Shown one piece after another: positions 33,354 to 43,470 of a stretch of DNA of 64,000 nucleotides (positions are counted from its first letter, which is position 1; each line of letters starts with the position of its first letter). Both the position numbers and the translations under genes were made by a program. Origin of the DNA: an uncultured Actinomycetes bacterium (lineage in GTDB: Bacteria > Actinomycetota > Acidimicrobiia > IMCC26256 > PALSA-610); contig CAVUYD010000009.1 of NCBI GenBank assembly GCA_963745645.1, positions 78,774-142,773 of the forward strand, written 5' to 3'. The notes beneath the pieces were generated by a model. It made no database searches, was not told the DNA's origin, and saw only the letters and a list, made by a program, of their open reading frames with translations.

Positions 33354-34037
33354 TTACCGGCGGGCGTTGGCGCGGAACGGCTGGTGCCCGAATCGGTCGA
33401 GATGCACCAAGTTCTCGAGCGGAGGAACCGGCGGCGGCACCACGGGCCCCCGCAGCCGGCCGAGCGGCACGACGGCGACGGGGGTGACGTTGCGGGGGAG
33501 CGCGAGCGTGCGGCGCGCCTGCCAGCTCGACCAGAGCGCGAGGTTGGTGACGCCGGCGCCGAGGCCGAGCGCGGCGGCCGCGAGCAGCAGGTTCTGGACC
33601 GCGGGATAGGCGGCGCCGTAGAACGCGGCCGCGCTCGCGGCCGGGAAGCGGGGCCGGCGCCCCCGAACGCAGGGAACGATCAGCACGGGCACGTCCTCGA
33701 AGTGGTCGGCTTCCCACTGGCGGGCTTCGAGCTCGGCGTCGTCGCCGCTGCGCGTGCGCAGGAACCGCCGGTAGATCGACCAGCCCTGGCGGTAGATGCG
33801 GGCGAGTTGGTGGCGGACGTCGGGGTCGCGGACCACGACGAACTCGCAGCGCCACCGGTTGCCGGCGCCGGCCCGGCTCGCGAGCTCGAGCACCGCGAGC
33901 ACGGTCGCGTCGTCGATGGGATCGGCCGCGAGCCGGCGGGCCGGGACCTGCTCGCGCATGACCGCCGCCAGCACGTCGAACGTCGACCCTCGGGAACCAT
34001 TGGACGCCGGACGCGGGGACAGGGTTGGGCCGGACAC
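33354..34037 (-). CDS. Nitroreductase family protein
   Basis: RRLAADPIDD, EFVVVRDP, YPAVQNLLLAAAALGLG, VVPLG. Confidence 0.88.
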   Translation of the reverse strand: MSGPTLSPRPASNGSRGSTFDVLAAVMREQVPARRLAADPIDDATVLAVLELASRAGAGNRWRCEFVVVRDPDVRHQLARIYRQGWSIYRRFLRTRSGDDAELEARQWEADHFEDVPVLIVPCVRGRRPRFPAASAAAFYGAAYPAVQNLLLAAAALGLGAGVTNLALWSSWQARRTLALPRNVTPVAVVPLGRLRGPVVPPPVPPLENLVHLDRFGHQPFRANARR

Positions 34038-34064
34038 GTGTTGGATTGTGCCCGACCGCGGCGC

Positions 34065-35069
34065 TCAGGCCGCGGACGCGTCCGGTTGCGGCGGGGCCGA
34101 GTGGGGCGCGCCCGACGGTGCCGAGCCGGACGCCAGGCGGCGCCACAGCGCGCTGTAGGTGGGGTACTCGAGCACATCGGTGACGTATCCGGCCCGCCGG
34201 AGCTCGGCGTGGAACTCGGGGAGCCGCTTCATCGGCACGCCGGAGTCGACGTGGTGGGCGAGGTGCCAGCCGATGTTGTGCGGCACGAGCACGAAGCGGG
34301 CCAGCCACGACTGCTTGACGGAATGCGTCGTCTCGCGCCGGTCCTTCGAGCGTTGCATGCCGCCGTGCTCCGCGACCGAGCGCAGCCGGTTGATGACGCG
34401 CCACACCGTGAGGTACGGCACGAACCAGAGCAGCCAGTACACCCACGGGTGCCCGACCGCGATCGACACCGCGATGAGCACCAGCTGCACGGCCACGATC
34501 CGGCGAGCCTGCGTGCCCGCCGACCCGGGGGCGCGCACGCCGCGCAGCAAGCCCTTGAACAGCTTCCAACCGGTCTGGCCGGTCGCGTCGCGCACGAGCT
34601 TGCGCCGGAACGACGCGCGCGAGATCGGGTAGCCGCGGTACAGCGGGATGTCGGGCTCATCGGGGCCGAACTCCTCGCGGTGGTGCGCCATGTGCCCGCG
34701 GCGGTAGAGGTCGGTGGGCGTGAACGACGGGTAGCCGAGCAGCCAGCGCCCGACCCAGTCGTTCCACGTGCGGTTGCGGAACAGCAACCGGTGGGCGGCC
34801 TCGTGCATCAGTGCCGCGAACTGGGCGTGGGCCCGGCCCATGAGGAGGAACACGACGACCCACACGACGAGGTTGTCCGCCCAGACGGCGAGCCACATGA
34901 GCCCGAGCGTCTGCACCCACACCGCCACGACCGACAGCGCATTCCGGAAGTTCGGGATGCGGCGCAGCTCCTCACGGAACGCCGGCGCGGGCCGGGCGTC
35001 GGGCTTCAGCCGGTCCGTGGGCCGGAATTCTTCGAGCAGGCGGTGCTCGGGAACCATCGTCGCGGTCAC
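34065..35069 (-). CDS. Membrane fatty acid desaturase family protein
   Basis: His boxes HEAAH, HMAHH, EH, HLAHH. Confidence 0.92.
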   Translation of the reverse strand: MTATMVPEHRLLEEFRPTDRLKPDARPAPAFREELRRIPNFRNALSVVAVWVQTLGLMWLAVWADNLVVWVVVFLLMGRAHAQFAALMHEAAHRLLFRNRTWNDWVGRWLLGYPSFTPTDLYRRGHMAHHREEFGPDEPDIPLYRGYPISRASFRRKLVRDATGQTGWKLFKGLLRGVRAPGSAGTQARRIVAVQLVLIAVSIAVGHPWVYWLLWFVPYLTVWRVINRLRSVAEHGGMQRSKDRRETTHSVKQSWLARFVLVPHNIGWHLAHHVDSGVPMKRLPEFHAELRRAGYVTDVLEYPTYSALWRRLASGSAPSGAPHSAPPQPDASAA

Positions 35070-35077
35070 GCCCGCAC

Positions 35078-35113
35078 ATTACACTCTCGCGACAGGTGGC
35101 GACAGAACGTAAT
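35078..35113. promoter_or_regulatory. Putative PaaX-type widely spaced operator
   Basis: ATTAC-N26-GTAAT inverted repeat between the divergent desaturase and PaaX-family genes. Confidence 0.4.
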
Positions 35114-35902
35114 ACGCACGCGGAATCATCGCTGCTCGAGCAGCCGCTCTCGGCGCGCTCGGTGATCGCGAGCCTGCTGCTCGGGATGCACCCGCCCCGG
35201 ATGCCCGGCGCACGGCTGGTGCAGTGGTGCGGCGCGTTCGGAATCGCGGAGGGCACCGCGCGCGTCGCGCTGAGCCGCATGGTCGACCGCGGCGAGCTCG
35301 TCGCGTCGGCCGGCACCTATGAACTGGCGGGCTCGGTGCGCGCCCGCCAGCGCGCCCAGGACTGGAGCCTCACGCCGGCGCCGACCGACTGGGACGGACG
35401 GTGGCGCCTCGCCTCGGTTCGCCCCGCGGCGCGGGACGCGAGCGACCGCGCCGCGTTGCGCGACGCGTTCCGCCGCCTGCGGTACGCCGAGCACCGCGAG
35501 GGCTGTTGGGTGCGTCCCGACAACCTGCCGCGCGCGTCGGGTCCGGCGGAGGCGTGGCAGGTCGCCGAGGCGCAGTGCGACTGGTGGCGCGCGACGCCGG
35601 AGCAAGACGGGTTCACGCTGGCGGCGCACTTGTTCGACCCGGCCGCGTGGGCCACGCGCGCCGAGGTGCTCCGCGAGCATCTGGAAGCCGCGACCGCGTC
35701 GCTTGCCCGCGCCGACGCGGATGACCTCGCGCGCGCGTTCGAAGTCGGCGCCGCGGCCCTCGCCCACGTGCGCGCCGATCCACTGCTCCCGCCGGCGCTG
35801 TGCCCGAGTCCGTGGCCGGGACCGGCCGTGCGCGATGCGTACGCGCGGTACCAGCGCAGCTTCGGCAAGACCGTCCGAGAGTGGTTTCGCGCCGGGGCGT
35901 AA
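35096..35902 (+). CDS. PaaX family transcriptional regulator
   Basis: PLSARSVIASLLLG, FGIAEGTARVALSRM, WDGRW, DPLLPPALCPSPWPG. Confidence 0.9.
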   Translation: MATERNTHAESSLLEQPLSARSVIASLLLGMHPPRMPGARLVQWCGAFGIAEGTARVALSRMVDRGELVASAGTYELAGSVRARQRAQDWSLTPAPTDWDGRWRLASVRPAARDASDRAALRDAFRRLRYAEHREGCWVRPDNLPRASGPAEAWQVAEAQCDWWRATPEQDGFTLAAHLFDPAAWATRAEVLREHLEAATASLARADADDLARAFEVGAAALAHVRADPLLPPALCPSPWPGPAVRDAYARYQRSFGKTVREWFRAGA

Positions 35903-35911
35903 TGTCCCGAC

Positions 35912-37114
35912 ATGCAACAACTTCTGGACGATGCCGAAGGCGTGCTGACCGACAGCGTCGACCTGCGGCGGCGCATCCATGCCGAGCCCGAGCTCGGCCT
36001 CGCGCTGCCGAAGACGCAGCGGCTCGTCCTGGAAGCGCTCGACGGTCTCGGTCTCGACGTGCGCACCGGAACTTCGGTCTCGTCGGTCGTCGCGGACCTT
36101 CGGGGCGCTGCACCGGGACCGACCATCCTGCTGCGCGCCGACATGGACGCGCTGCCGATGCCCGAGGACACCGGCCTCGAGTACGCCAGCACGATCGACA
36201 ACACGATGCACGCGTGCGGCCACGACGCGCACGTGGCCATGCTCGTCGGCGCGGCGCGCGTGCTCGCCGCGAAGCGCGATCAGCTCGCAGGGACGATCCG
36301 CTTCATGTTCCAGCCCGGCGAGGAAGGCTTCGCGGGCGCGCAGTACATGATCGACGAAGGCGTGCTCGAGACGCCGACGGTCGACGCCGCGTTCGCGCTG
36401 CACGTCGCGCCCAACCTCCCGTCGGGAACGGTGTGGACGCGCGGCGGTGCGCTCATGGCATCCGCCGACGTCATCGACATCCTCGTGACCGGCAAGGGCG
36501 GGCACGCGTCGACGCCGTATCTCGCGCGTGATCCGATCACCGTCGCGGCCGAGATCATCCAGAGCCTACAAACCTTCGTCACGCGTCGCATCGACACGTT
36601 CGACCCGGTGGTGATCACCATCACCTACGTGCGCGCGGGCACGACGACGAATGTCATCCCCGAGACCGCGCACCTGCGCGGCACCGTACGCGCGGTGTCG
36701 CCGTCCGGTCGGCGACGCGCGCTCGAAGGAGTCGAGCAGATCGCCGGCGGTCTCGCAGCTGCGTACGACATGCACGCGATCGTGACCGTCGAGCCCGGGT
36801 ACCCACCGACGATCAACGACAGCGACTTCGCGAACTTCGCGCTCGAGGTGTCGGGTGGTCTCCTCGGTTCGGCCAAGGCCGGCCGCATGCCCGCGCCGGT
36901 CATGGGCGCGGAGGACTTCTCCTACGTGCTCGAGCGACGGCCGGGCGCGCTCGCGTTCCTCGGCGTGTGCCCGCCGGGGACGCGTCCCGCGGACGCGCAC
37001 GCGTGCCACTCGAACCGCATGACGATCGACGAGGACGCGATGCGTACCGGCATCGCCGTGCACTGCGCCGTTGCCGAACGCTTCCTCGTGACACCGAACT
37101 GGCGTCAGCCCTGA
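35912..37114 (+). CDS. M20 family amidohydrolase (hippurate hydrolase-like)
   Basis: RRIHAEPELG, LRADMDALP, MHACGHD, FQPGEE, GGHAS, MGAEDFS. Confidence 0.95.
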   Translation: MQQLLDDAEGVLTDSVDLRRRIHAEPELGLALPKTQRLVLEALDGLGLDVRTGTSVSSVVADLRGAAPGPTILLRADMDALPMPEDTGLEYASTIDNTMHACGHDAHVAMLVGAARVLAAKRDQLAGTIRFMFQPGEEGFAGAQYMIDEGVLETPTVDAAFALHVAPNLPSGTVWTRGGALMASADVIDILVTGKGGHASTPYLARDPITVAAEIIQSLQTFVTRRIDTFDPVVITITYVRAGTTTNVIPETAHLRGTVRAVSPSGRRRALEGVEQIAGGLAAAYDMHAIVTVEPGYPPTINDSDFANFALEVSGGLLGSAKAGRMPAPVMGAEDFSYVLERRPGALAFLGVCPPGTRPADAHACHSNRMTIDEDAMRTGIAVHCAVAERFLVTPNWRQP

Positions 37115-37148
37115 CGAGGCCGGTGCGGTACAGTCATCGACCCTACGG

Positions 37149-37222
37149 GGGCGGTTAGCTCAGTCGGCTAGAGCGCGTCCTTCACACGGACGAGGTCGGA
37201 GGTTCGAGTCCTCTACCGCCCA
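37149..37222 (+). tRNA. tRNA-Val(CAC)
   Basis: GGGCGGT/ACCGCCC acceptor stem, CGTCC-TTCACAC-GGACG anticodon arm, GGTTCGAGTCC T arm. Confidence 0.97.
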
Positions 37223-37277
37223 CGACCCTCATAGATCCTAGGAATCCGACGCGTCACCCGACGCGCTCGTCCGCGAA

Positions 37278-37700
37278 GTGTGCTCGTTGGGCGGCGACCG
37301 CGGTTGGCTCGTCGGCAACTGGTTGTGGGTACTGCGAGGCTGGTTGGATTGCAGCGTAGGCGGTGTCGGCATGCGGCGCGGACGTCGTCATCCGACCGAC
37401 CTGCGGGTAGGTGATGTCGTCGACTTCTGGCGAGTCGAGGCAATCGAAGCCGGCGCGACTGCTGCGACTCCGCGCCGAGATGCGCCTCCCCGGCGACGCG
37501 TGGCTCGAGTGGTCGATCGCGCCCGAGCCCGATCGGAAGGGAACGTTGTTCGTGCAACGCGCCCTGTTCCGCCCTCGCGGTCTGTTGGGTCACGCGTACT
37601 GGTATTCGGTCTCGCCTTTCTACCGGTTCATCCTCGGGTCACTCGCCGGTCGGATCATGAACGCGCGGTACGCGCGGGCCTTCAGGCTCGGCCCGTCGCG
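37278..37700 (+). pseudogene. C-terminal fragment of a DUF2867 / YbjT-like protein
   Basis: LGGDRGW...WVLRGWLD..VGGVG..RGRR, DFWRVE, LRAEMRLPGDAWL, PRGLLGHAYWY; N-terminal Rossmann domain absent. Confidence 0.8.
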
Positions 37701-37875
37701 CGCGTCTCGTAGCGCTGCAGCTACACGGGCTCGCATCGCGGGCTCGCGGTCGCCGGCGCCGAGTTGAACGCAGAAACCGCGCGGCAGGTCGACAGGCGGG
37801 AAGCGCGACCGTTGGAGAGACGGTCCCTGACCGCGCGAGCTACCTGCCCGGTGTCGTGCTCGCGGTTCGTTGCGG

Positions 37876-38219
37876 TCAGCGGGTGAGGGCCACGGCGAGG
37901 TAGGCGAGGCTGGCCGCGAGGGCGACCAGTGCGGGCGTCGCTTCTTGGAGACGATCTGCCGGACCGCCGGTGGGTAGCCAGCGCGCCGACAAGCAGCACG
38001 CACATTCCTGACGCTGCTGCGACCCCGATTGGAGCCCATATCAGTCCGGCGATGACACCGGCGGCGGCGACGAGTTCGGCGACGCCGATCAGCCGGTAGC
38101 GCGACCACGGGATACCGAAGTGGCCGGCCGAAGCGAGCATCTTCGGGTGGGCTCCCAGCTTCGCGATGGCGGGCACGAGGCAGGCGGCTGCGAGCAGAAC
38201 GAGACAGGGCGATGAACAC
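37876..38219 (-). CDS. DoxX family membrane protein (frameshifted)
   Basis: AKLGAHPKM...RLIGVAELVAAAGVIAGL..IGVAAASG..LLVGALATH; AAGGAG RBS. Confidence 0.82.
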
Positions 38220-38293
38220 GGATGACTCCTTCCGTTGTGGGCTTCGGCGCCGGCCCTTGACACGCCGGCTCATGCACATCATAATCAGAGTTG

Positions 38294-38329
38294 TGATGAA
38301 TCATCAAGACTGTATGTGATCATCATCAC
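38294..38329. promoter_or_regulatory. Paired palindromic operators (TetR-type)
   Basis: TGATGA-A-TCATCA (38294-38306) and GTGAT-CATC-ATCAC (38316-38329) in an AT-rich divergent promoter. Confidence 0.55.
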
Positions 38330-38388
38330 TGGTGTTCAACACGGGAGTCGGCTCTTGCGGCCGTCCTCTCCACACGAAAGGCAACGTC

Positions 38389-38958
38389 ATGCTCAAGTCA
38401 CTCAGCACCTCCCTCATCTGGCGAGGCCTGCTCGCTCTCGGGGTCGGCATCGTCGCTCTCGCGTGGCCGGGGGTTACGGTCCTCGCCCTCGTCGTCCTGT
38501 TCGCCGTGTACGCCTTCATGTGGGCCGGGTTCGAAGCGGTGAGCGCGTTCAGGAGCCGCACCGCCGGCCCGGTCTTCGGGCACTTGGTCCTCGGACTCGT
38601 CGACATCGCCGCGGGCGTGGTCGCGCTCGCCTGGCCCGGGCCGACGGCTCTCGTCCTGGTGCTGCTCGTCGCCGGCTGGGCGATTGTCACCGGTGTTGTC
38701 GAGGTCTTCGCCGCCTTCGGTGCCGGCGAGGAGGCGGGCACCCGCGCCATGTTCATCATCGGTGGCCTCGTGTCCGTGGCGTTCGGCGTCGTGCTGTTCG
38801 CCCGCCCCGACATGGGCGCCATCTCGCTGGCCCTGCTGTTCGGACTGTTCAACCTGATCGCCGGCAGCTGGATGCTCGTGCGTGGCATCGAGCTGCGCCG
38901 GACCGACGCGAAGGTGCACTCGCTGGCGGCGCCGACCGAGCAGAAGGTCGCGGCCTGA
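38389..38958 (+). CDS. HdeD/DUF308 family membrane protein
   Basis: WRGLLALGVGIVALAWPG repeats; about 6 TM helices. Confidence 0.88.
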   Translation: MLKSLSTSLIWRGLLALGVGIVALAWPGVTVLALVVLFAVYAFMWAGFEAVSAFRSRTAGPVFGHLVLGLVDIAAGVVALAWPGPTALVLVLLVAGWAIVTGVVEVFAAFGAGEEAGTRAMFIIGGLVSVAFGVVLFARPDMGAISLALLFGLFNLIAGSWMLVRGIELRRTDAKVHSLAAPTEQKVAA

Positions 38959-39088
38959 GCAGATCAGCCGTCCTCACCGCGGAAACCGGCGGGCGCCAAC
39001 CGGGCGCCCGCCGCCGCAACCAAGCACGCAATCGCGGTTCTGTAACATGAAATCAGTAGTGATTGATCCGCTCCATAAGGAGAGCACA

Positions 39089-39739
39089 GTGAACACGGCG
39101 ACAACGAACGGGGCGGTCCCCGCCAACCGGCTCGATCGCCGGAAGGCCCGCACCCGCCAGGCGCTCGTCGACGCCGCCGTCCGGCTCATCGCCGAAGGCC
39201 GCGGAGAACGGGCCAGCATCCAAGAGATCACCGAAGCCGCCGACATCGGCTTCGGGTCCTTCTACAACCACTTCGCCAGCAAGGAAGAACTCTTCCAGAC
39301 CGCGTCGGAGGAGGTACTCGAGCGCTGGGCGCAAATGATCGACGCCGCATGCGCCGGTCTCGACGACCCAGCCGAGGTGTTCGCCATCTCGCTGCGCATC
39401 TCCGGCCGCCTCGCCTGGACCCACCCCGAAATCGCCGCCTTCATCACCGGCGTCGGCCTCGACCTCCTCGACGCCCCCCGCGGACTCGCACCCCGCGCCC
39501 TGCGTGACATCCGCGCCGGCCAGGCCGCCGGCCGCTTCACCATCCCGGACGCCGAGATCGCGCTCAGCGCCGTCGCCGGCGGACTCCTCGGCCTCCTTCG
39601 ACTCCACGCGCGCAACCCCGAACGGGTCACCGAAACCTCCGTCGACGAACTCACCGAGGCGTGCCTGCGCTTCCTCGGCCTCCCCGCCGCCCAGGCCCGG
39701 CGCCTCGCCCGACTCCGCCTCCCTGACGCACGCTGGTAG
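39089..39739 (+). CDS. TetR/AcrR family regulator
   Basis: RRKARTRQALVDAA, SIQEITEAADIGFGSFYNHFASKEELF; AAGGAG RBS. Confidence 0.93.
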   Translation: MNTATTNGAVPANRLDRRKARTRQALVDAAVRLIAEGRGERASIQEITEAADIGFGSFYNHFASKEELFQTASEEVLERWAQMIDAACAGLDDPAEVFAISLRISGRLAWTHPEIAAFITGVGLDLLDAPRGLAPRALRDIRAGQAAGRFTIPDAEIALSAVAGGLLGLLRLHARNPERVTETSVDELTEACLRFLGLPAAQARRLARLRLPDARW

Positions 39740-39776
39740 TGCGGGCCACGCTGAGGGCGATGAGGAGGAGTGAGCG

Positions 39777-41492
39777 ATGCCGGGATTGCCTGCCGCTTTG
39801 ATGCGCCATCGCGCGCGACTCGACGAGATCGCCGGAGTGTTCGCGAAGTACGGCTTCGCGGCGTGGGTGCAGCGTGGAAGCGGACTGGTCAGCACACGCG
39901 TCATGCAGGGGCTCGTCGACCGCCACGTCGACCCGCAGATCGTTGCGATGTCCGACGGCGAGCGGTTGCGGCGGGCGTTGACCGAGTTGGGCACGACGTG
40001 GGTCAAGTTCGGTCAGATGTTGAGCCTGCGACCGGATGTTGTCGGTGACGACGTCGCCGAGGAGCTGGCGAAGCTGCAGGCGACGGTCGCGGCGGATCCT
40101 CCGGGTGTCGCGCAGGCGCTGGTTGAACGCGAGCTGGGCGCCGCGGTGTCCGACTTCTTCGGCTCGTTCGACCCGGAGCCGATGGCGTCGGGGTCGGTCG
40201 CGCAGGTGCACCGGGCGACATTGCCCGACGGGACGGCGGTGGCGGTGAAGGTGCTCCACGATGGCGTGGAGCACCGCGTGCTCGAGGATCTCGAGCTCAT
40301 GGAAGCGATCGCGGCGTATCTCGAAAACGAGGACCCCGGGATCGCGCAGCTGCGACCCACGGTGATCGTCTCCGAGTTCTCGCAGATGCTCCACGACGCA
40401 ATCGATTTGTCGCAGGAGCTGCAGAATCTCCAGCGCTTCACCGTGAACTTCGCCGACGAGCCCGACATCGTCATCCCGAGGCCGTATCCGGAACTGTCGC
40501 GGCGGCGCGTGCTCACGATGAGCCTGATCTCGGGCGCACCCTTTGCCGATCGTGCGAGCGTCGAGGCGACGGGGTGGGACGTCGACACGCTCGTACGACG
40601 CGCCGCCGAGATGTACCTCGAGATGATCTTCCGGGATTCGCTCTATCACGCCGACCCCCAACCGGGGAACCTCCTGCTTCCCGATGGGACGCACATCGCG
40701 ATCCTCGATTTCGGGGACGTCGGCCGCATCTCTTCGATGCGCAGACGCCAGCTCGAGGATCTGGTGATCGCCGCGGGAACCCACGACATCGATGGCTTCA
40801 TCGACGTCGTCGTCGAGATCACCACGCCGCCGCCGACCGTCGACATGAACAGGCTGCGATCGCAGATCGACGTGTGGCTGAACCGCTACCTCCTCATCGG
40901 TGTCGGTCATCTCGACATGGCTGCGATCATCAACACGGGCATGGAGCTGCTGCACGACAACGGCCTCGTGTTGCCGGCCGACTTGTCACTGCTGTTCCGG
41001 GTCATGCTGCAGCTCCAGGGACTCGGTCGCGAGCTCAACACCGAAGTCCGAGTCACGGAGTTGCTCCAGCCGTACATGAAGAAGTTGCTGGCCGAGCGGT
41101 TCGACCCGCGGCGTCTCGCCCGACATGCGGGCCGAACGATTCGAGGCTGGGACCGTCTGGCTGCATCCCTGCCCGGCGACATCGAGGAGATCGTCCAGCA
41201 GATCCGCGCCGGTCGACTCGCAGTCGACTTCCGCGTCCACGATGCCGATGGCGCGGTCGATCATCTCGTCGACGGCCTCGTCGCGGCCGCGTCGGTGCTC
41301 GCGTCCGCGCAGCTGTTCTCGCGTCGCACCGGCCCGACCGTCGGGCCGATCTCGATGCCGGGGCTGGTCGCAGCCGGCGTCGGCGTGCTCACCTGGCAAC
41401 GACTCGTCCGGCGCCGACGCGAGCACAAGACGTGGGTCAGCCGCGCCCGCGAGCTCGCGGAATTGCGACGACACGCCGGCGACGCCTCCTGA
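39777..41492 (+). CDS. AarF/UbiB/ABC1 family atypical kinase
   Basis: LGTTWVKFGQMLSLRPD, ASGSVAQVH, VAVKV, YHADPQPGN, ILDFG. Confidence 0.94.
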   Translation: MPGLPAALMRHRARLDEIAGVFAKYGFAAWVQRGSGLVSTRVMQGLVDRHVDPQIVAMSDGERLRRALTELGTTWVKFGQMLSLRPDVVGDDVAEELAKLQATVAADPPGVAQALVERELGAAVSDFFGSFDPEPMASGSVAQVHRATLPDGTAVAVKVLHDGVEHRVLEDLELMEAIAAYLENEDPGIAQLRPTVIVSEFSQMLHDAIDLSQELQNLQRFTVNFADEPDIVIPRPYPELSRRRVLTMSLISGAPFADRASVEATGWDVDTLVRRAAEMYLEMIFRDSLYHADPQPGNLLLPDGTHIAILDFGDVGRISSMRRRQLEDLVIAAGTHDIDGFIDVVVEITTPPPTVDMNRLRSQIDVWLNRYLLIGVGHLDMAAIINTGMELLHDNGLVLPADLSLLFRVMLQLQGLGRELNTEVRVTELLQPYMKKLLAERFDPRRLARHAGRTIRGWDRLAASLPGDIEEIVQQIRAGRLAVDFRVHDADGAVDHLVDGLVAAASVLASAQLFSRRTGPTVGPISMPGLVAAGVGVLTWQRLVRRRREHKTWVSRARELAELRRHAGDAS

Positions 41493-41503
41493 GGCATCAT
41501 CGC

Positions 41504-42856
41504 GTGGCATCGGACTCGCCGCCTGTCCGCGCGCGGGTCGTGGCGACGGTGGCGTTGATCGGCTACCTCGCGTTGGCGGTCGAGTTGCTTGTCTCGGTCG
41601 TCGACAATCCGGTGCTCGGGCTGGTCGCGTTGGTGGCGGTGGGCGTCGGCGTCCCCTTGACCTGGATCGGCGCGACCCGCCCACGCTGGCGGGGCCGGAT
41701 TGCCGCGCTCGCCGCCCTCGGGGTGGTGGGCGGCGTCGTGGCGCTGGTGGCGTCCGGACGGAGCGCGAGCGAGTTGGTGGTCGTCGTGGCGACGATCGCA
41801 ATCACGAGTGCCGCGGGCATGTGGGCGTTGGCGTGGGAGATCCGATCCGCCGTCGCCCGCCGGTGGAGTCCGGCGACGCGCGCGCGGCACGGTGTGCTGC
41901 TGATGAACGCGAAGTCGGGGGGCGGCAAGGTCGAGAGGTTCGACCTCCAGGGTGAGTGTGCACGTCGGGGCATCGAGCCGGTCGTGCTCGCTCCCGGGGA
42001 TGATCTGCGCGCGCTTGCCGAGGATGCGGTTGCTCGCGGCGCGGATGTGATCGGGATGGCCGGCGGGGACGGCTCGCAAGCCGTCGTCGCCGCGGTCGCG
42101 GCTGCGCACGACCTCCCGTTCGTGTGCGTGCCCGCGGGCACGCGCAATCACTTCGCGCTCGATCTCGGCGTCGACCGCGACGACGTCGTCGGATCACTCG
42201 ACGCCTACGGCGATGCGCGCCAGGCTCGCATCGACCTGGCCGACGTCAACGGGCGGGTGTTCGTCAACAACGTGTCGCTCGGGGTCTACGCGCAGATCGT
42301 GGCGTCGGACGAGTATCGCGACGCCAAGCTGCGAACGGCCGCCAAGATGCTGCCGACGTTGCTCGGACCCGACGCCCCGCCGTCGGGGCTGCACGCGCGC
42401 ATGCCGGGCGGCGCGGTCGTCGAGAACCCCCAAATCGTGATCGTCTCGAACAACCCGTACCGCCTGAAGAGCCTCGCCGGATTCGGGACGCGTCCACGCC
42501 TCGATCGCGGTGTGCTCGGCGCGGCCGTGCTGCTCCTCATGAGCCCGAACGACGTGACGCGCTTCGTCGCTGCCGAAGCGGCGGGTCAGCTCGACCAGTT
42601 CCCCGGCTGGCAGACCACGCAGCTACCGGAGTTCGAGGTGGCCGCTGACGACATGGTGGCGGCGGGCGTGGACGGCGAAGCAGTCGAACTGACCCCGCCG
42701 CTGCGCTTCGTGTCGCGTCCGCGCGCCTTGACGGTGCGCATTCCCGCCCATCACCTCGGCCTCTCACCCGCCGCGCTGCGGCCGGGCTGGGGACGGTCGA
42801 CGTTCCTCGGGTTGGCCCGGATTGTCAGCGGACGGCCGAGCGGGTCTCAGGGATGA
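41504..42856 (+). CDS. Diacylglycerol/lipid kinase family protein with N-terminal TM helices
   Basis: NAKSGGG, AGGDGS, PAGTRNHFA, FVNNVSLG, VDGE. Confidence 0.9.
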   Translation: MASDSPPVRARVVATVALIGYLALAVELLVSVVDNPVLGLVALVAVGVGVPLTWIGATRPRWRGRIAALAALGVVGGVVALVASGRSASELVVVVATIAITSAAGMWALAWEIRSAVARRWSPATRARHGVLLMNAKSGGGKVERFDLQGECARRGIEPVVLAPGDDLRALAEDAVARGADVIGMAGGDGSQAVVAAVAAAHDLPFVCVPAGTRNHFALDLGVDRDDVVGSLDAYGDARQARIDLADVNGRVFVNNVSLGVYAQIVASDEYRDAKLRTAAKMLPTLLGPDAPPSGLHARMPGGAVVENPQIVIVSNNPYRLKSLAGFGTRPRLDRGVLGAAVLLLMSPNDVTRFVAAEAAGQLDQFPGWQTTQLPEFEVAADDMVAAGVDGEAVELTPPLRFVSRPRALTVRIPAHHLGLSPAALRPGWGRSTFLGLARIVSGRPSGSQG

Positions 42857-43207
42857 GACTCGGAACGCCCGTCCTCCACGCGACCAAGGGCGACGCCGGT
42901 GCCGAGCCATTCACACTGCACCGTTTCGGGCTCCAATGGCCATCCGCCGCCGCGACGTGGAGGTGCACTCCGGCGGTCGTTCCCTTTTTCATGCGCTCCA
43001 TTCTCAGAGCGTGATCGCGCGGCCGCAACATCACGAATCCTCGGCGGATGGGGACTCAGTGGAGCCCAAAACTCAGACGCGCCGGAGCTGCCGGATTTGG
43101 GCGCCCCTCCAAGATCGTGGCGTCTGATCTTCACCTCATCCTTTGCGTACTACGGTGCGCGGTTCTCCTGGGCTTTCGCAGGTGAGTACATCGGTGAGGG
43201 CCGGATA

Positions 43208-43252
43208 CTTCGCACGGACGAGGTCGGAGGTTCGAGTCCTCTACCGCCCACG
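43208..43252 (+). repeat. attR-like duplicate of the tRNA-Val(CAC) 3' half
   Basis: CTTCGCACGGACGAGGTCGGAGGTTCGAGTCCTCTACCGCCCACG; one mismatch, at the anticodon middle base. Confidence 0.92.
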
Positions 43253-43470
43253 CCACGAAAGTGCCCGGTCGTGCCACTACATGCCGCCGACGCGTTGTCT
43301 TGCGTCACGAGTCGATTGAACTCGTAGCGTCGAAGTCGGCACCGAGACACTTGCGAGGCAGGGTTCTTTGGGTGTTGATGGCGCTCTCGGACAGCGTCAT
43401 GGTTGCGCCATGACGGTGTGTCAGGCTGCGGGGGTTGTGGTTGTGTGTCCCGCCGGCTCGAACCCCGCGG

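Larger units (their letters stand above)
37225..43252. mobile_element. tRNA-Val(CAC)-anchored genomic island (about 6 kb) with no integrase
   Basis: 45-bp direct repeat with 1 mismatch at 37180-37224 and 43208-43252. Confidence 0.75.

Noticed and set aside
42860-43207. Possible integrase remnant next to attR
   Set aside because: No tyrosine or serine recombinase motif recognisable in any frame
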